Of a stretch of DNA of 64,000 bases, positions 49,266 through 62,749 are shown in pieces; the first letter of the stretch is position 1; each line of letters starts with the position of its first letter. Under the pieces are notes generated by a model that was not told the DNA's origin, made no database searches, and saw only the letters and a program-made list of their open reading frames with translations. The position numbers and the translations under genes are program-made. Source of the stretch: Dipteris shenzhenensis (lineage: Eukaryota); NCBI GenBank assembly GCA_047967505.1, contig CM106538.1; one strand, written 5' to 3'.

Positions 49266-50213
49266 TGGTATCATGCCTGTAACGAAACCCAAACCAATCC
49301 AAGCCCTCTGGAATTGAAGTGCATTAACGATTGACACTGATCTGGATAGCAGTCACGATGGCAAATGCAACTTCGCGAACTTATAAAGTGGACAAACTGC
49401 CCAATTTAAACTTCCAACCATGGAAGATGACAATGGAGTTACTTCCACAAAAACAAGAACTCCTCTCCACAGTCGATGGCACCACAGCGATGCCTGATCC
49501 CACTGTTGCCGCAAATGCACAAGCAGTGGTCGAGTGGAAGGAAAAAGACCTTAATGCTCTCGTCTACGATAAAAAACAAGCGGTACATACTCTCACTACC
49601 GCACATTCAATTTGGTCTCAATTGAGACAAACTTACGAGCACACATATGTCTCATCGCAAGTTTCTAATTCGAAGAAACTCATGCAAATTTCAATGAAAG
49701 ATATGGATGACATTCCCAAATTCTTACAGAATTGGAGAACGTCCATCGATGACCTTACCTTATCTGGACTAGTATTAGCCCAGAATGTTCAAGAAATTTG
49801 GTTGCTTGCCGCCCTTATGGCAACCTTTTATTATGACTAAGACCTCACAAGCTAATCTTACCATTATGCTCCTCGTCCCACCAATTCTACAAGAACATGC
49901 TATGCATAACACGCTCGCATCCACTTCATGTTCTTCATCTACTTTAGCCATGTTTGCAAATAATCGCAACAAATTCAAACCCAAATCTTCCTTCCCGTCA
50001 ACTCGTCCCAAATTCTCAGGAAAATCCCTATTGAAACAATCATATTCTAACAACAATCAAAGTCGCACAGGCCACTCACATAAGATACACTGCCGTATCT
50101 GTAACCGATTTGGACATAACTCACACGACTGTTGGTTTAACAAATCGCAAAAGGGTAAAATGAGACCCCGTTATGGACGAGCGAACTATGCCTCTGACTC
50201 AGAGAGTCAACCA

Positions 50214-50613
50214 GGGCCTTAGCACATGGATGGGGCTAGCATGGGTTTAGGATGGGAATATTTTTGTCATCATTACTCCCATCCTACACCAAGTGGTCTA
50301 GGATGGATTTAGAATGGGAGTAGCCACTTTTTCTCCCATCCTAGACCATGGCCTCTAGACCCTGGCATCTAGAATGGGTCCCCCTTTTTTAGGGATTCAA
50401 AAACATGGAAGGATGACATGCGTCCTTGTCCCCACAAGGTCCCCACCTCTTAAACACATGAAATGATGCCATGTGTCCTCTTCTTCCTAAACCCATCCTT
50501 AGTTCTTTTTTTGTTAGCACATGGTGGGATGGGAATAGGATAGAAATATGCATGGGACCACTTGGGACCACCTTTTTCCATTCCCATCCTATTTCTTCCC
50601 ATGTGCTAAGCCC
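50214..50613. mobile_element. ~400-bp MITE-like insertion (possibly PIF/Harbinger Tourist type) between gag and protease of Copia H
   Basis: Terminal inverted repeats gggccttagcacatgg and ccatgtgctaagccc. Internal ggatggg/cccatcc repeats; non-coding. TSD not clearly preserved. Confidence 0.75.
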
Positions 50614-53600
50614 TTTAACATTGATACAATGTCTAAAGCTTCTGATGACTCCTCTCATGAGGACGTCTTTCCAGCCTTTTCTGCCTCTCATGATCCGGAA
50701 CCCCACCCTACATTAACTAGCCTTGAGACTTCACAATCCACTTGGATCTTAGATACAGGTGCTACTTGGCACCTAACTTCAAGGCGTGAGTCTCTACATC
50801 AATATAAATAGTTGCAAACACCGTTTGACATCCGTTTTGGCGACAATGGTGTTCAACAAGCTATTGGTGTTGGCACTGCTCAGATCGAACTGTCAGATGG
50901 CAATGTTGTAAATGTCTCACAAGTTTACTACGCACCCAACCTAGCAAAAAATCTTATCTCGATCAGTAAACTAACATGCCCTCAAACGTCAATTGAATTT
51001 CATCACTCTCATTGTTCAATTAATCATACCCTTTCCGAAGGAAATACTTATCAAGTGACCTGCCCAAAAATTGACCGACTATATTTCCTCGGTAGAACCA
51101 TATACCCCACACAAGAAATACACAATGATAAGCATCATGCTGACAATCCCTATAAAACCCTTCTATGGCATTACCGCCTAGGTCATCTAAATCATTTAAC
51201 AATTAAGTATATTTCAAATCATAAGCTGGCACTACATTATCAACTGCCACGAAAAAGTCGTCTATCTGTGTGCAAAGGTTGTGTCTATGGCAAACTTGCT
51301 AGTGTTAAATATCCCAAGCACTTAGGAAAAACGACACAACCCCTACAACTAGTTCACACAGATCTTTGCAAATTACCCGAAAGGTCTTTAAGCAACAACA
51401 AATATTTCATCACATTTATTGATGATTTTACATGATTCGCAGCAGTATCTTTCCTAAATAACAAGACCTCTGAAGCAGTACTCAAACTTTTTCAAGTCTA
51501 AAAAAATTTTGTAGAAAATCAACAACCATATAAAATTGAAGTGCTTCAGTCTGACAATGGCGGTGAATATGTTTCACAAAAGTTCACTTCATTTTGCCAA
51601 GAGGCTGGCATTAAGCAACGGCTTACAATGGCGGACCATCCTACACAAAACCGCATTGCAGAAAGAAAAAATAGAACATTAATGAATGTGTCTCAAAGCA
51701 TGCTTAAGATTGCCCAACTACCTGCCTCCTACTGGGAAGAGGCAGTCTCCACTGCCTATTACCTCCAAAATAGGATATACTATCGCAGTATTGGCAACAT
51801 TCCTTCAACCTTATGGTTTGGAAAACCACCAAACTACCCACACCTACGAATATTTGGGTCAATAGCCTACACCTATATACCGGACAATCATCGGAATAAA
51901 CTACACGATCGCGCTGCCAAAACCATTTTTGTGGGATACGGGGAACCATATGGTGTTAAAGGCTATCGCCTCTATGATCCATCACGACACCGATTCTTGT
52001 TCTCTTGAACAGTAATCTGTGATGAGGATTACCTGCAAAACCCCACAAACGGAGTTCAGAGTCAATTCCCAAATCCAATTCAATTTGAAGCTCCACTAGT
52101 GCAGCTTTCAACTGTGCAGCTTTCAACTCGCCTTCGCCCACGACCCCAAAACAAACGTTCATCTCATGTAACTTGGAGGGTTCCATTCGATCCTCAACCA
52201 GTGGCAGGTCCCACTCCACAACCACATGTGCAAGCAGCTCTTGCACCTCAACTCCCTGCTCCGGCAGCTCCGCCTCAACCTTTGCAAGCTCCTCCATCTC
52301 CACCCGCTCAAAGCGCTCCCGTTACACCCGCTCCGATCGCTGATATGCTAGACCCCAAAACGATCACCCGAAAATCATGCATCTCACGGAGCCTTAACCC
52401 CTCCTGCGCTTCCCAGCAAGCACGCCACGTGTGGCCATCTTCTCGTCCTATCTGGTGTCCCACTGGCTCCACAGCCCATAATTATACCACGAGTAACCCC
52501 ATGCATAGCCCTTTGCGACACATGCATGACATTCCGCCCGTGCCCCACTTGACCTGCAGACGAATCTCGACGACGAATCCAGTACCTCCATGTGTATGCG
52601 CTCCATCGATGATCTCTATCAAACTACCAACCGCCTCGATGCTCTTCTGTCTGAACATATGTTCATTCCCGAATATGTGTACTGTGCAATAGCTTCCACA
52701 CCATCTGATCATTCGACGGATGATCCTCTCTCCGTCTCCGATGCTCTCAATAGCCCTAAGTCCGCATCCTGGTGGAAGGCTATGGAAGACGAAATCGCTT
52801 CTCTCCAGGCCGACAAGACCTGGACGCTCGTCGCTCCTCCACCTAATCGACAACCAATTTCCTGCAAATGGGTGCTACGACGGAAACTTCGACCCGGCAC
52901 AATTGCACGGGGCTCGTCTTGTAGCCCACGGTTTCAGCCAAATATCCGGTCTAGATTACACCGAAACCTTCTCCCATATTCTTCGAATGGCATCCTTCCG
53001 AATTCTCCTTGCTCTGGCCACCATGATGGACCTCGAGTTGCATCACCTAGATGTCTACACTGCCTTCCTTCATGGCAATCTGCCTGAAGAATTGTATATG
53101 GAGCAACCGCCGTACTTCATTGACGAAACTGAAGAGCCCCAGCATGTCTACAAATTGCATCGATCATTATACGGACTCAAGCAATAACCACGCCTGTGGT
53201 TAAGTTCCAGCAGTTCAATTCGTTCATGATGGCACACGGGTATTCTCGTCTCCTTTCAAGAACCAAATATTTACATTAGACGTACTGTCAATTCTTTCCT
53301 CGTGGTTGCTTTATATGTCGATGACATTCCACTTCTAGGATCCACACCCGAAATCGTCGCACAAGCTAAAAATGAAATTAGCTCTGCCTTTGCTATAACA
53401 GACCTAGGACCTCTAACTTATTTCCTAGGGCTTCAGATTCACCGTGAATGATTCAAAGGCCCTCTAATACTACATCAAACCAAATTCACTGATGAAATAC
53501 TCCACCAGTTTGGCGTCACTCACATCAAACCAGCTCCTACTCCTATCCCCGTTCCTTGCAAACTCTCTTTAGAAGATTGCCCCACAACTGATCGGGACAA

Positions 53601-54327
53601 GCAGTACATGAAACAATTCCCTTATTGATAATTGATCGGCAAACTTCGCTATCTCGTCACAGGCACACGCCTTGACATATGCCACAGTATAAATTACGTT
53701 TCCAGATTTATGCACAATCCCAGTTTTAAGCACTGGAAAGCCCTTCTTCGCGACCTTCGCTACCTAAGCTTCACTCGCAACCTTGGCATCCGATATGACC
53801 GTCATTCCACTCCTCCTCAGCTCACCTCCCTACTAATAGGTTGGTCTGATTCAGATTGGGGTGGGGAAATCGACACACGACGGTCTACTGCTGGTTTTTC
53901 CTTTGTTCTTGCAGGTGGAGCTGTTACCTGGCAGTCAAAGAAGCAAGTATCTGTGACTTTATCATCTGCTGAAGCAGAGTTCGTAGCTGTTGCCCTCGCA
54001 AAACCAAAGAAGGCCTGTGCAACCAGATGTTGCTAGAAGAATTAAAGATGACTTCAAAGCTACCATTACACATCTACTGTGACAATCAGTCGTGTATATA
54101 CTTGGCTAACAACCGAAGCATTCTTAGAAGACCAAACACATCGACCTTAAGTACCACTTTATAAGAGAAATGGTCGAAGAAAAGAAGTTGACTTTGGAAC
54201 ATACTCCAACAAAGTCAATGTGGGCAAACTTCTTAACGAAGCCACTACCTACAATCAAGCATGAAGCTTGTTGTACAAATTTAGGATTAGTTAGACTTAA
54301 TTAACCTCAATGTTAGCGTTAAGGGGG

Positions 54328-54501
54328 TGTAAAAATCTAATGCAAACTTTATTTAAATTCTACAAATTGTAAATCTACGAATAGACGTAGTCCAAGAGAC
54401 ACACTGTTAAGTAGAAGAACTATGTATACCTTTTGCATTGTAATATGACGTATTCGAGTTATCTCTCTATTAGTATCTATCTATGTCCTCGGATTTCTAC
54501 A
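54328..54501 (+). repeat. 3' LTR of Copia H
   Basis: Runs tgtaaaaatc...ttctaca and is followed by the TSD. Confidence 0.9.
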
Positions 54502-55177
54502 CTTGGTTTGTCATTTGTTGTTCCTTGTGTTCAACTCAAACCACGCCTTATTCGATTATCCGCAAGGGACTCTTACCATTTGCAACTCATTCTATTCTGA
54601 ATAGAAGCCTCTTTAGGGAGAATTAACATTCAGTAGGTTGTTGCGAATACCTTCAGTAAGATCTTACTAGTTAGCTAAGTATCGATTTGAGCAACTCGTT
54701 GTGAATAGCAGTCTCCTTAAAGAGGTTTCGGCAACTCGTTCTCAATTGCAGACTCCTTAAAGAGCATTGAGATTGGCGATTTTACTCGCTAAGCATTGGC
54801 TCTAGTCTGAAAGTACCATTGGCTCTAGTCTGAAAGAACATTTTGACATGCAAGCTTTTAATAAATGACAGTATTTAGCTTTTGATGAACAACATTTTGA
54901 CATGCAAGCTTGAATTTTAAGTACATATTATGCTACTTTCACATTTTTTCTTATTGAACTTGAATCAAAACATGAGTTAACGAACAAAAGTGTGTGCAAT
55001 TTGCAATCAACCAACGAGAATGATTCTTAACTGAAAATCCAGTGTATTATCAACAATTGCAACCACAATGAGGTTTAGTATATTATCAACAAGTACAACC
55101 ACAATGAACTAACACAAAAGAATTGAATCCTCTATCCAATATCTTCCTTTAAACCACTCATTGTATCGGTTATTGCA

Positions 55178-56455
55178 GTGAGCAAAGCATCGAGCGGTAA
55201 GAAAATAGCATGCAATGACTTGGAGAAACCTATGGATGCAAATGAGGCAACCTCTAGGCCAAACAAAGACATAGGGATAGAGCATAGAGCTTTAGTCATC
55301 ACAACACATGGCAATTTCATAGGAGGTGGGAATGCATTGCCTCTACTGCACATTAGTGAAATCATAGATGCAATCACTCATAGGTTTGCATTCGAGGGGA
55401 AGTTGCTCATAAAGTATAGCACATTCAAGGCAAAGAATGCCAAGAATGATATGCGAACTTGTGCAGATTTCACCGACAGGCACAATTGTGAGACAATCAC
55501 CTTGGTTGTTGCCCACGCTTTTGTCCAGCGGTACAAGGACATCCTCGTTCCTGATTCTTTCTACAGGATTGAAGGAGCCTCTTTCAACAAAAAGGGTACG
55601 AGCGAAGGAGGGAGCACGTACTTCTCCTTGCATGTGGATGTGACCACACTTGTGGTGAAGGGAGAAGAGTTTGAGGGTAGTATTCACTTCGTGAACGAGA
55701 AAACAATCAGTGAATTTGCCTGTAGCGCAGCATGGACTTTGAGGATAAAGCTCGGCTCGATATCAACTGTCACAGGTACAATGAATGTTGTCATCATAAA
55801 GGTTGATGGAGAGGGTGCTATAGTCGACCAGATAATTGTGGTAGATGGCCCACGTGATGAAGATCACATTGCTATGAGTATTTTTGCTTAGATGACATCT
55901 ACATTTGTGAGACCACTCCACCGACTCCCAACAACATTCTTTTTTCTCCTCCTCTGTTTGTGTGCTAACTGGCATTTGTTGGGGAGCACAAGAGTGTTCT
56001 CACTTGCTTGGTCCAAGAGCACAATGAGGATGGGATCATCATGTACACGCTCAGAAACATTTCCTTCATGATAGTGAAGAACACATTGGGCTTCTACGAC
56101 TTTAGGATCTTGGTGGATATCCCTGATGGCAACAAGAAGGATGAGTTGCAGCAAGTCTTCATGGCCCAAGTATCTAAAGTCAGATATGGACAAAGAGTAA
56201 GTGCAAGTAGAGTTCACTTGGTTCATGGCCCTAACACATGTACTAACATTTCTTTTTTTACTTTTTTGATCAGGTATTTGGTGTACTACACTTCACAAAC
56301 CTGAATGCACAACTTGTAGAGTTCCAGTGTGGCACTTATGGCAGTACGCGCATAAATTGTGATCCGTCCCATTCATGAAAGGCCGCATTTATGGCCATGA
56401 TGGTGCAGATGTTTTAGTGGCCATTAGCGGCATGCAGGTGGACACCTTGCTTCGC
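55178..56455 (+). pseudogene. Spliced OB-fold protein gene, RPA1 (RPA70)-like; premature stop and 3' truncation
   Basis: Exons at about 55178-55906, 55987-56197 and 56274-56455, with GT-AG introns that keep the frame. LLIKYSTF...ADFTD...ITLVV...FVQRYKDILVPDSFYRIEG resembles RPA DBD-A. TAG at 55889. The family call is by pattern only. Confidence 0.5.
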
Positions 56456-56459
56456 CACC

Positions 56460-59400
56460 AGGCACCTTTCCTTGGTGCCCTTTGTCTGATTGTCTCAGCG
56501 AAGTCAATTGTCAAAGAGACGTTGAGGATGTTATTGAATATCTCCCGGGATTTAACAAAGCCAGATTGTTCCACGTCCACCAGGTGTGTGCATAGAAGCT
56601 TATTCTGTGCGCCATCATATTGGGCGATCTTGCTGTCTTTCTATTAGTCTCAAAAAGCGGCAAGAGCGAAGTGCTCTCATATGTTTTCTCCTTAGACAAC
56701 TTATCAATGGACCTTCCACGCTGCTGCTGCTCTCCACAAACAGACCTTGCCGGCCATCCTTCTCAAGCTTGATCCACCAAAATTATACCACCTCGCCTCT
56801 GCCCTTCACTCCAACACAACGCTTCTCCATCTCCAGCCTTGCCTCTGCCCTTTCACTCAAACACAACACTCACTCTTCAGGGGCATCCAGCCTTGCCTCC
56901 GCTCTTCGCACAAACGCAACGCTTCTCAATCTCGACCTTTCAAGGAATGAGATCCACTCTGCAGGGGCGTCCCACTTTGCCTCCGCTCTTCAGAAAAACA
57001 ACACACTTCTCCATCTCAACCTCTCAAGGAACTGGATCGACTCTGCATGGGCGTCGGGCCTTGCCTCCGCTCCTCAAACAAACACAACGCTTCTCTATCT
57101 TCACCTCTTCGGGAACAGGATCGACGTCTCTGCAGGGGAGTCGACCCTTGCCTCCGCTCTTCAGGAAAACACAACGCTTCTCGAACTCGACCTCTCAAGC
57201 TGCAACGAGATCGACTCTCATGCGGGGATTCCAGCCTTGCCTGCACTCTTGAGATAGACGAAACGCTTCGCCATCTGCACCTGTCATACTGCGGCTCTGA
57301 AGAGGCATCCTTTACAAATCGCCTAATTCAGCTGCTTCTGAAAAGGAATAGTAGAATTCGGGAAGAAAGCACAGCTTTGGGGAAGTCTAAAGTACGCTCT
57401 ACGTCTGCACGAGTGTTCTTCTTGGGACATCCTTATGCAGGTCAGCTTCATGTTTCGATAGCCCAAACCATAGATACGTAGAAATTACACACGAGTACCT
57501 TGCCCACAGGATTAATCCCTGAAGTTCAATATGAGTTTGTTGGATTAATTTGCCAGCTAACACATTCACCTCATTTCAGAAAAAACAACACTTCGTCACT
57601 CCATTGTTAGCATCCTGAACAAGAAATTTTATCTTCCGAAGAGCATAAAGAAGGCTATGAGACCTCAGTCCAGGACCACGGGAATAGAGGTACATTCTAT
57701 GAATTGTTGAGGCACGAGAATTTCTTTCTGGGACCTTGCGGGGCAGCTGGAATACCACGCGTTCCACGACATGATGTTCCCAACTGAACAAGGACAGTCC
57801 CTATTCATCATCGTTTGTAATCCCATGCACCGAGAGCCAAAAAAGCCTGTGGACGTTAAACTGAGATTGAATACTGGCTCCGTTACATATCATCAGCACT
57901 AGGAGGACTGAAGGATGGACTCCCCGTGTGTTCGTAGTTTTCACTCACATAGATACAATTACGAATTCTCTAAGAGGAGTTTTTTAAGGATGGGCTAAAC
58001 AATTTATCCTCGAGCTAAGAGACAAGTTTGAAGATCTAAGAGACAAGTTTGAAGATTTTGCGCAAGTGATGGAAAACCCGTTTTTTTTGGACACCTGCGA
58101 CCCAAATAAAGTTCAAAGCATGATTCCGGTTCTGCACGAGACGATTCAGTCCGTTTTGGACTCTGCTCCGCAAATCTATCGCATAAGTGATGAAATCAGG
58201 CAGTACTCGGAGATTGGATGGTCAAATACCCTTACAAACCTCTACTTAAATGGGGACAATTCTGTGGCATTTGCCAGGAGTTACCCGCGTTAAGAATCAC
58301 ATTTTCAGACCAAATTGAAGAGACCAACAAACTCAGGAAAGCGGTTCTAGCTTCTCTACACGACTCTGGAGACGTTATTTACTTTCCAGATGTGGAAGTA
58401 ATAATCCTAAGTCCGGAATGGTTTTGCCGTCGAAATCACACTCATCCAAATGCACAAACAAAGCCCACACACACTCACTAAGCACATGTATAATCATTAT
58501 CATCATATACACACATTGAGCACAATGATAATACATGAGGTTGCACGCGTTCACACACAACTCTTCTTGAAAACAAAGTTTTCCTCCAAATTTATATTTA
58601 TTATTAGAACTTTGCTTGAATTAAATGTTGTTCAAATTAAAATTCTTGAAAATACACACATACACACCTGCCCACCACACATATATGTGTGTAAAATTTA
58701 TATCTTTAAATGAAAATTGAATTTAAGTTAATTAATGTGATAATTGATTACAGTTGATGACTATAGTTCAATTAAGTAAGATCACATTATCAATAAAGGC
58801 ACTACTAGGGCTGCATTGGGATTTGATCAGAAAATCTATGAAAAGGCATACAGATGTTGAGATTCGTAGAATTTATAGTGACTCACTTTCAAGGGGGGGG
58901 GAGAGAGAGAGAGGAGTAATGCTACAATTTTTTTTTTGAAAACAACTAAACACTCTTAGTCGATATTCAATTTAAAAGTTTCTTAAACTTTTTCAAAGGT
59001 TAAGAAGCCTTAAATTCTAGTTCGCGAAATTAAAGGCAACCTATGATTCCAAGTTTGAGACCTAGTGGAGTGGGTCTCCAACTTGTCGTAGATAGGTCAT
59101 ACTACTCATTTGAATAAAAGTCGGCTTGTTTCTCTTTTTGGCTTGCCCTCTGGGTAGCCTTAGCAACGGTTCGAGTTTTGCAAAGCTAAAAATGGTGATT
59201 ATTTCTATTTGTTGGGCATCATTGAGCTGGATGAGAAAGCTGGAATTTCTGAGCATCAAGGACATGGTTCAAATAATGGTTGAGCTAGAGCTTTGCTATG
59301 AAGTCCCACCTGGTGGTGAAGGTTCACCTCTTTTCATTCCTGCTACTCTTATGCACAATGTTAGCACTGGGGTTCGAAAATGGCTCTCCAAGCAGACAGG

Positions 59401-61265
59401 TGAATGCATCTATATCGGGCGCCGCCTCAACTGTGACGATGAGACACGTATGTTTCTCACTCCTGGATTCTTCCCAAAACTTCAGGTAAGTGCCGGAGTA
59501 CTTATTGGCAGCTTTTAAGACTCTGATCTGGCAAACTATCCTGAGTCCAATCGCAAATTTTCCCAATTGCAAATGGAGGTCGCTGATCTTTTAGAAAATC
59601 CAGATTCCTGTTTTTCGAGGATACGAGTGAGGTCCCCTGAAAAACAAGAATGCTTTTCTGATTTGAATCTGCAAGGTCTTTATGTTGAGTATTGACGTAG
59701 TTCATTTTCCTCACTCCCTATGTTGGAGTTTCTATGTTATTTGTGTTATTTGTTTTGTCGGGATTCGCATGTATTTCTCAAATTCTGGGCTTGATGCAAT
59801 GTTGTGTGTGCAGGTTCGTCTCCAGAAAGTTTTGGAGCCACCAAATAAGGGTGCTTCAGTTCAGTACGATTTAGAGAAGGATTTGATTCGGATCAATGAA
59901 GATGGTCTGGAAATCTTGGTGGAATTCAGTGGTGAAGTTAGATACTTCATCGATATCTTGGTGCGCTCCTCCAAGACTCACCATAAGGCTCTGGAGTTCG
60001 TGAGGAAAAAAATAATTTATCAAATCGAGGAGCTCCAGCTTTCATCCGGTCGTTGGCAGGCAGTGTCCCTCGCAGAAGGCATAATTCGACCGTCTTGTAT
60101 CTACAACAACGATCTTGCTATCACGCCAATGAAAGATAGACAGGACCAGTTCGTGCTGGTCGATGATTTGAAGAAAGTTCTTCTGAATCGCTCGTCTGCA
60201 GAGATGGAGACGTGCCAGTACACGTAGCCTTCACACCCACAGTTGCAACTTCCGACGGAGCATATCTTAATCAAGGAGCTTCTCGGGGAGGAAAATTTCA
60301 GAGAAATTCTACGCACCCACGATTGGCAACTACGACAGCTAGAGGAAGAACTCGGCATTTCACCAGCTAGTGTCGATAATTATTGCTACCCAAACCAGGT
60401 AGTCTATCTGATCTCACAGGAAGCGATCCATTGATGCTTAAGTTGCTGGAGAACTCGGAAGAAGTAAAGAGCAACGTGAAGGAAGTAAAGAGCAACGTGA
60501 AGCAGTTGATGTCTATGGCAGAAGATACAAGGAAAGCGATTGAAGAGCTAGCAGGGTATGAAAGAATGCTGCGACCAGGGATCCAAGATATGCTAAATTC
60601 GTTGTCGAACTCGAGGGGAACTGTGAGTAATGGGGGTAACGTGCCTGCAATGCCAAATCACTTATTTCTGACAGGGGAGATGAGGGGTGGGAGCACTAAA
60701 TTGCTGCTCAAACTAGTTCCTGGGTTGCAGCAAGTGAGATTGCACTTCATGTGTGAACATAGGGAAGACACCCAGCTAATTGAAAACCAGGAAGGCTGTG
60801 AGTTAAGCTACTTGGAGAATGAAAGTATGATCAAGAAGAGCTATCCTTACTTGAGACATGTGCTTTGTATAGCCACCTTGGGGCTGAAGGTTGGAGCGCA
60901 TGTATTAGGAGGGATGGGAAGCTTGATTCCGGATGTGAGCCAAGTTCTGGATTTATTGATTCAGGGTGGAGCCCGGGTTTCTTCCTACTGATCTTGAGGG
61001 CCAAACTACGACCGGCATTGGTAGCATTGGAGATGATGCTGCTGCTGCTTCTTCTATGAATATTGCCAACACCAGCAAGAAGGTAGTTGATGCCGATGTT
61101 GCAGTTGCAAGAATGGTTGCTAGAGAATGGGTGGAGAGGATGCTTAGGAAAGATGGATATTTGGGTAAGGACAAGATTTGGAAGAGGTGGCGATTGTTGA
61201 TGGTGAGATACAAAGGAGGTGATATAGCTTGGCTTTCTAAGAAGCACGTAGTTCATATCACATGA
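56460..61265 (+). pseudogene. TORNADO1-like LRR-Roc-COR (Roco GTPase) gene; divergent paralog, disrupted
   Basis: Ribonuclease-inhibitor-type 28-aa LRRs (56750-57300). Roc domain: RVFFLGHPYA/EKTTL across intron 57441-57579, FWDLAGQLEYHAFHDMMFP, YWLRYI, VVFTHID. COR domain: LHDSGDVIYF...EWFC and YIGRRLNCDDETRMFLTPGFFPKLQ/V across intron 59486-59813. C-terminus LHFMCEHRE, GMGSLIPD and VRYKGGDIAWLSKKH. These motifs are collinear with TRN1 as recalled. Multiple frameshifts, TAG at 60225, and no start codon. Confidence 0.88.
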
Positions 61266-62749
61266 CCCATGCATACTATACTAATATCTAGTTCATATCA
61301 CATAGAGGGAGAGAGGGAGAGAGACGGAGAGAGAGAGTATAGAAAAATATCAGGCGGGAGTGAAAATAGTAAGTTGAGCATCAACCAATGGATGCAATTC
61401 CCTTTGAGGAGAAAATCACCCCTCCTCGGGCAGCCCAAAAATTGTATTAAACAAAAAAGAGAAGATACACAATAAAAATAAGTCTACCTCTTGACTCAGC
61501 CAAAGGCTATAAGGGACTAAAAGATCCTCCATTTCTATTCATGCAACATGGAAAAATGCTCTGCTTGGTGATAGAGGCAGGTTAAATGGTTTGCTTTATA
61601 ATATCTGGTGCAATTGTGATTTTCCATATTTGGAAGCTTTGTAAGTTTGTGGCTTTGAAGCGCTATAATGGAACGGGAGCTCTTCAAGACAAAGGCATTG
61701 TTGATCTTATTAGGACTTTGACGTTTTCATGCAAAAGGCATCATCATTGGCTCGGTTTTTGTTCCTCCTTTTGTTGGGAGAAGTCTTCTTTTAATCATCA
61801 CATTGTTGGTAGACTCCATGTATTAGCAAAACAATGGCTCATCTTTTGCAACCTTTTGCATGGTTCTATTTCAATCATGTAATAGTTTGGGGTTCAATGC
61901 GCTTCCAATGCCTCTATGTGAGACCATCAGAATGAAAGATTTTCAGCGTCTCCACACACACACACACACACACATCACTGTGACACACACACACATGCAT
62001 GTATGTATATGCATACGTGTGCACACACATATGTTCAGGTGTCATACATGTGTTTATATGTATATGTGAATACTTGAAGAAAGACACATATCATTAAAGA
62101 AAAGAAGTATATATAATAAAAATAACAAGTTGAATGACAATCAATGGGGCTTGCCAAGGGGAAATGGCAAATCCCCATATCTAGACGTCCATTGACTGGA
62201 AATGAAATCGTTAAGTCGAATAGAGAACTTACATATACATATGTTTCTACGAAGAAACATCCTCCACAATTAATATTTAAGCATGAGATCCACACAAAGT
62301 CCAATTAAACAGAGCCATGAAACAAAAATCACCTACAGGATCAGCTTCCAAGTTGTCCTTGGAGCATGACGACGAAGAAGGAAGCCACGGTAGGGTACCA
62401 TCAACCACCTTCAAGCAGTTCATAAGACTACCAGGGATGGAGGAAAGCTTCCCTCTCCTTGACTCACTGATAGAACATGGAGTTTGGTGGTCCTTTACGT
62501 CATGTTCCAAGTCTACAAATATGGATTGCCCATTGAAGTAATGCCCCGAAAGAGTCTACTCGAAGTTGCGAGGAATTGATACGTTGTTGCTACGTGAGCA
62601 TTCCAAACTCGTGACAAGGGAGGCGGTTGAAGGCCGAGGTTATTACCAAGAAGGCGAACAAGGATAGTTCGAGTGGAGGTGTGCTAGAGCAAATCCCGAG
62701 TAAGAGAGGTCGTTTAATAAAGCTGGAAAAAATGGAGAGGGAAAAGGAA

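Larger units (their letters stand above)
49107..54501 (+). mobile_element. Ty1/Copia LTR retrotransposon H, full-length structure, decayed, carrying a MITE
   Basis: LTRs at 49107-49265 and 54328-54501. Perfect TSD CTTGG (49102-49106 and 54502-54506). PBS tggtatcatgcc at 49266; PPT aaggggg before 54328. Motifs: CRICNRFGHNSHDC, WILDTGATWH, LWHYRLGH, QSDNGGEY, SLYGLKQ, YVDD and GWSDSDWGG. Confidence 0.95.
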
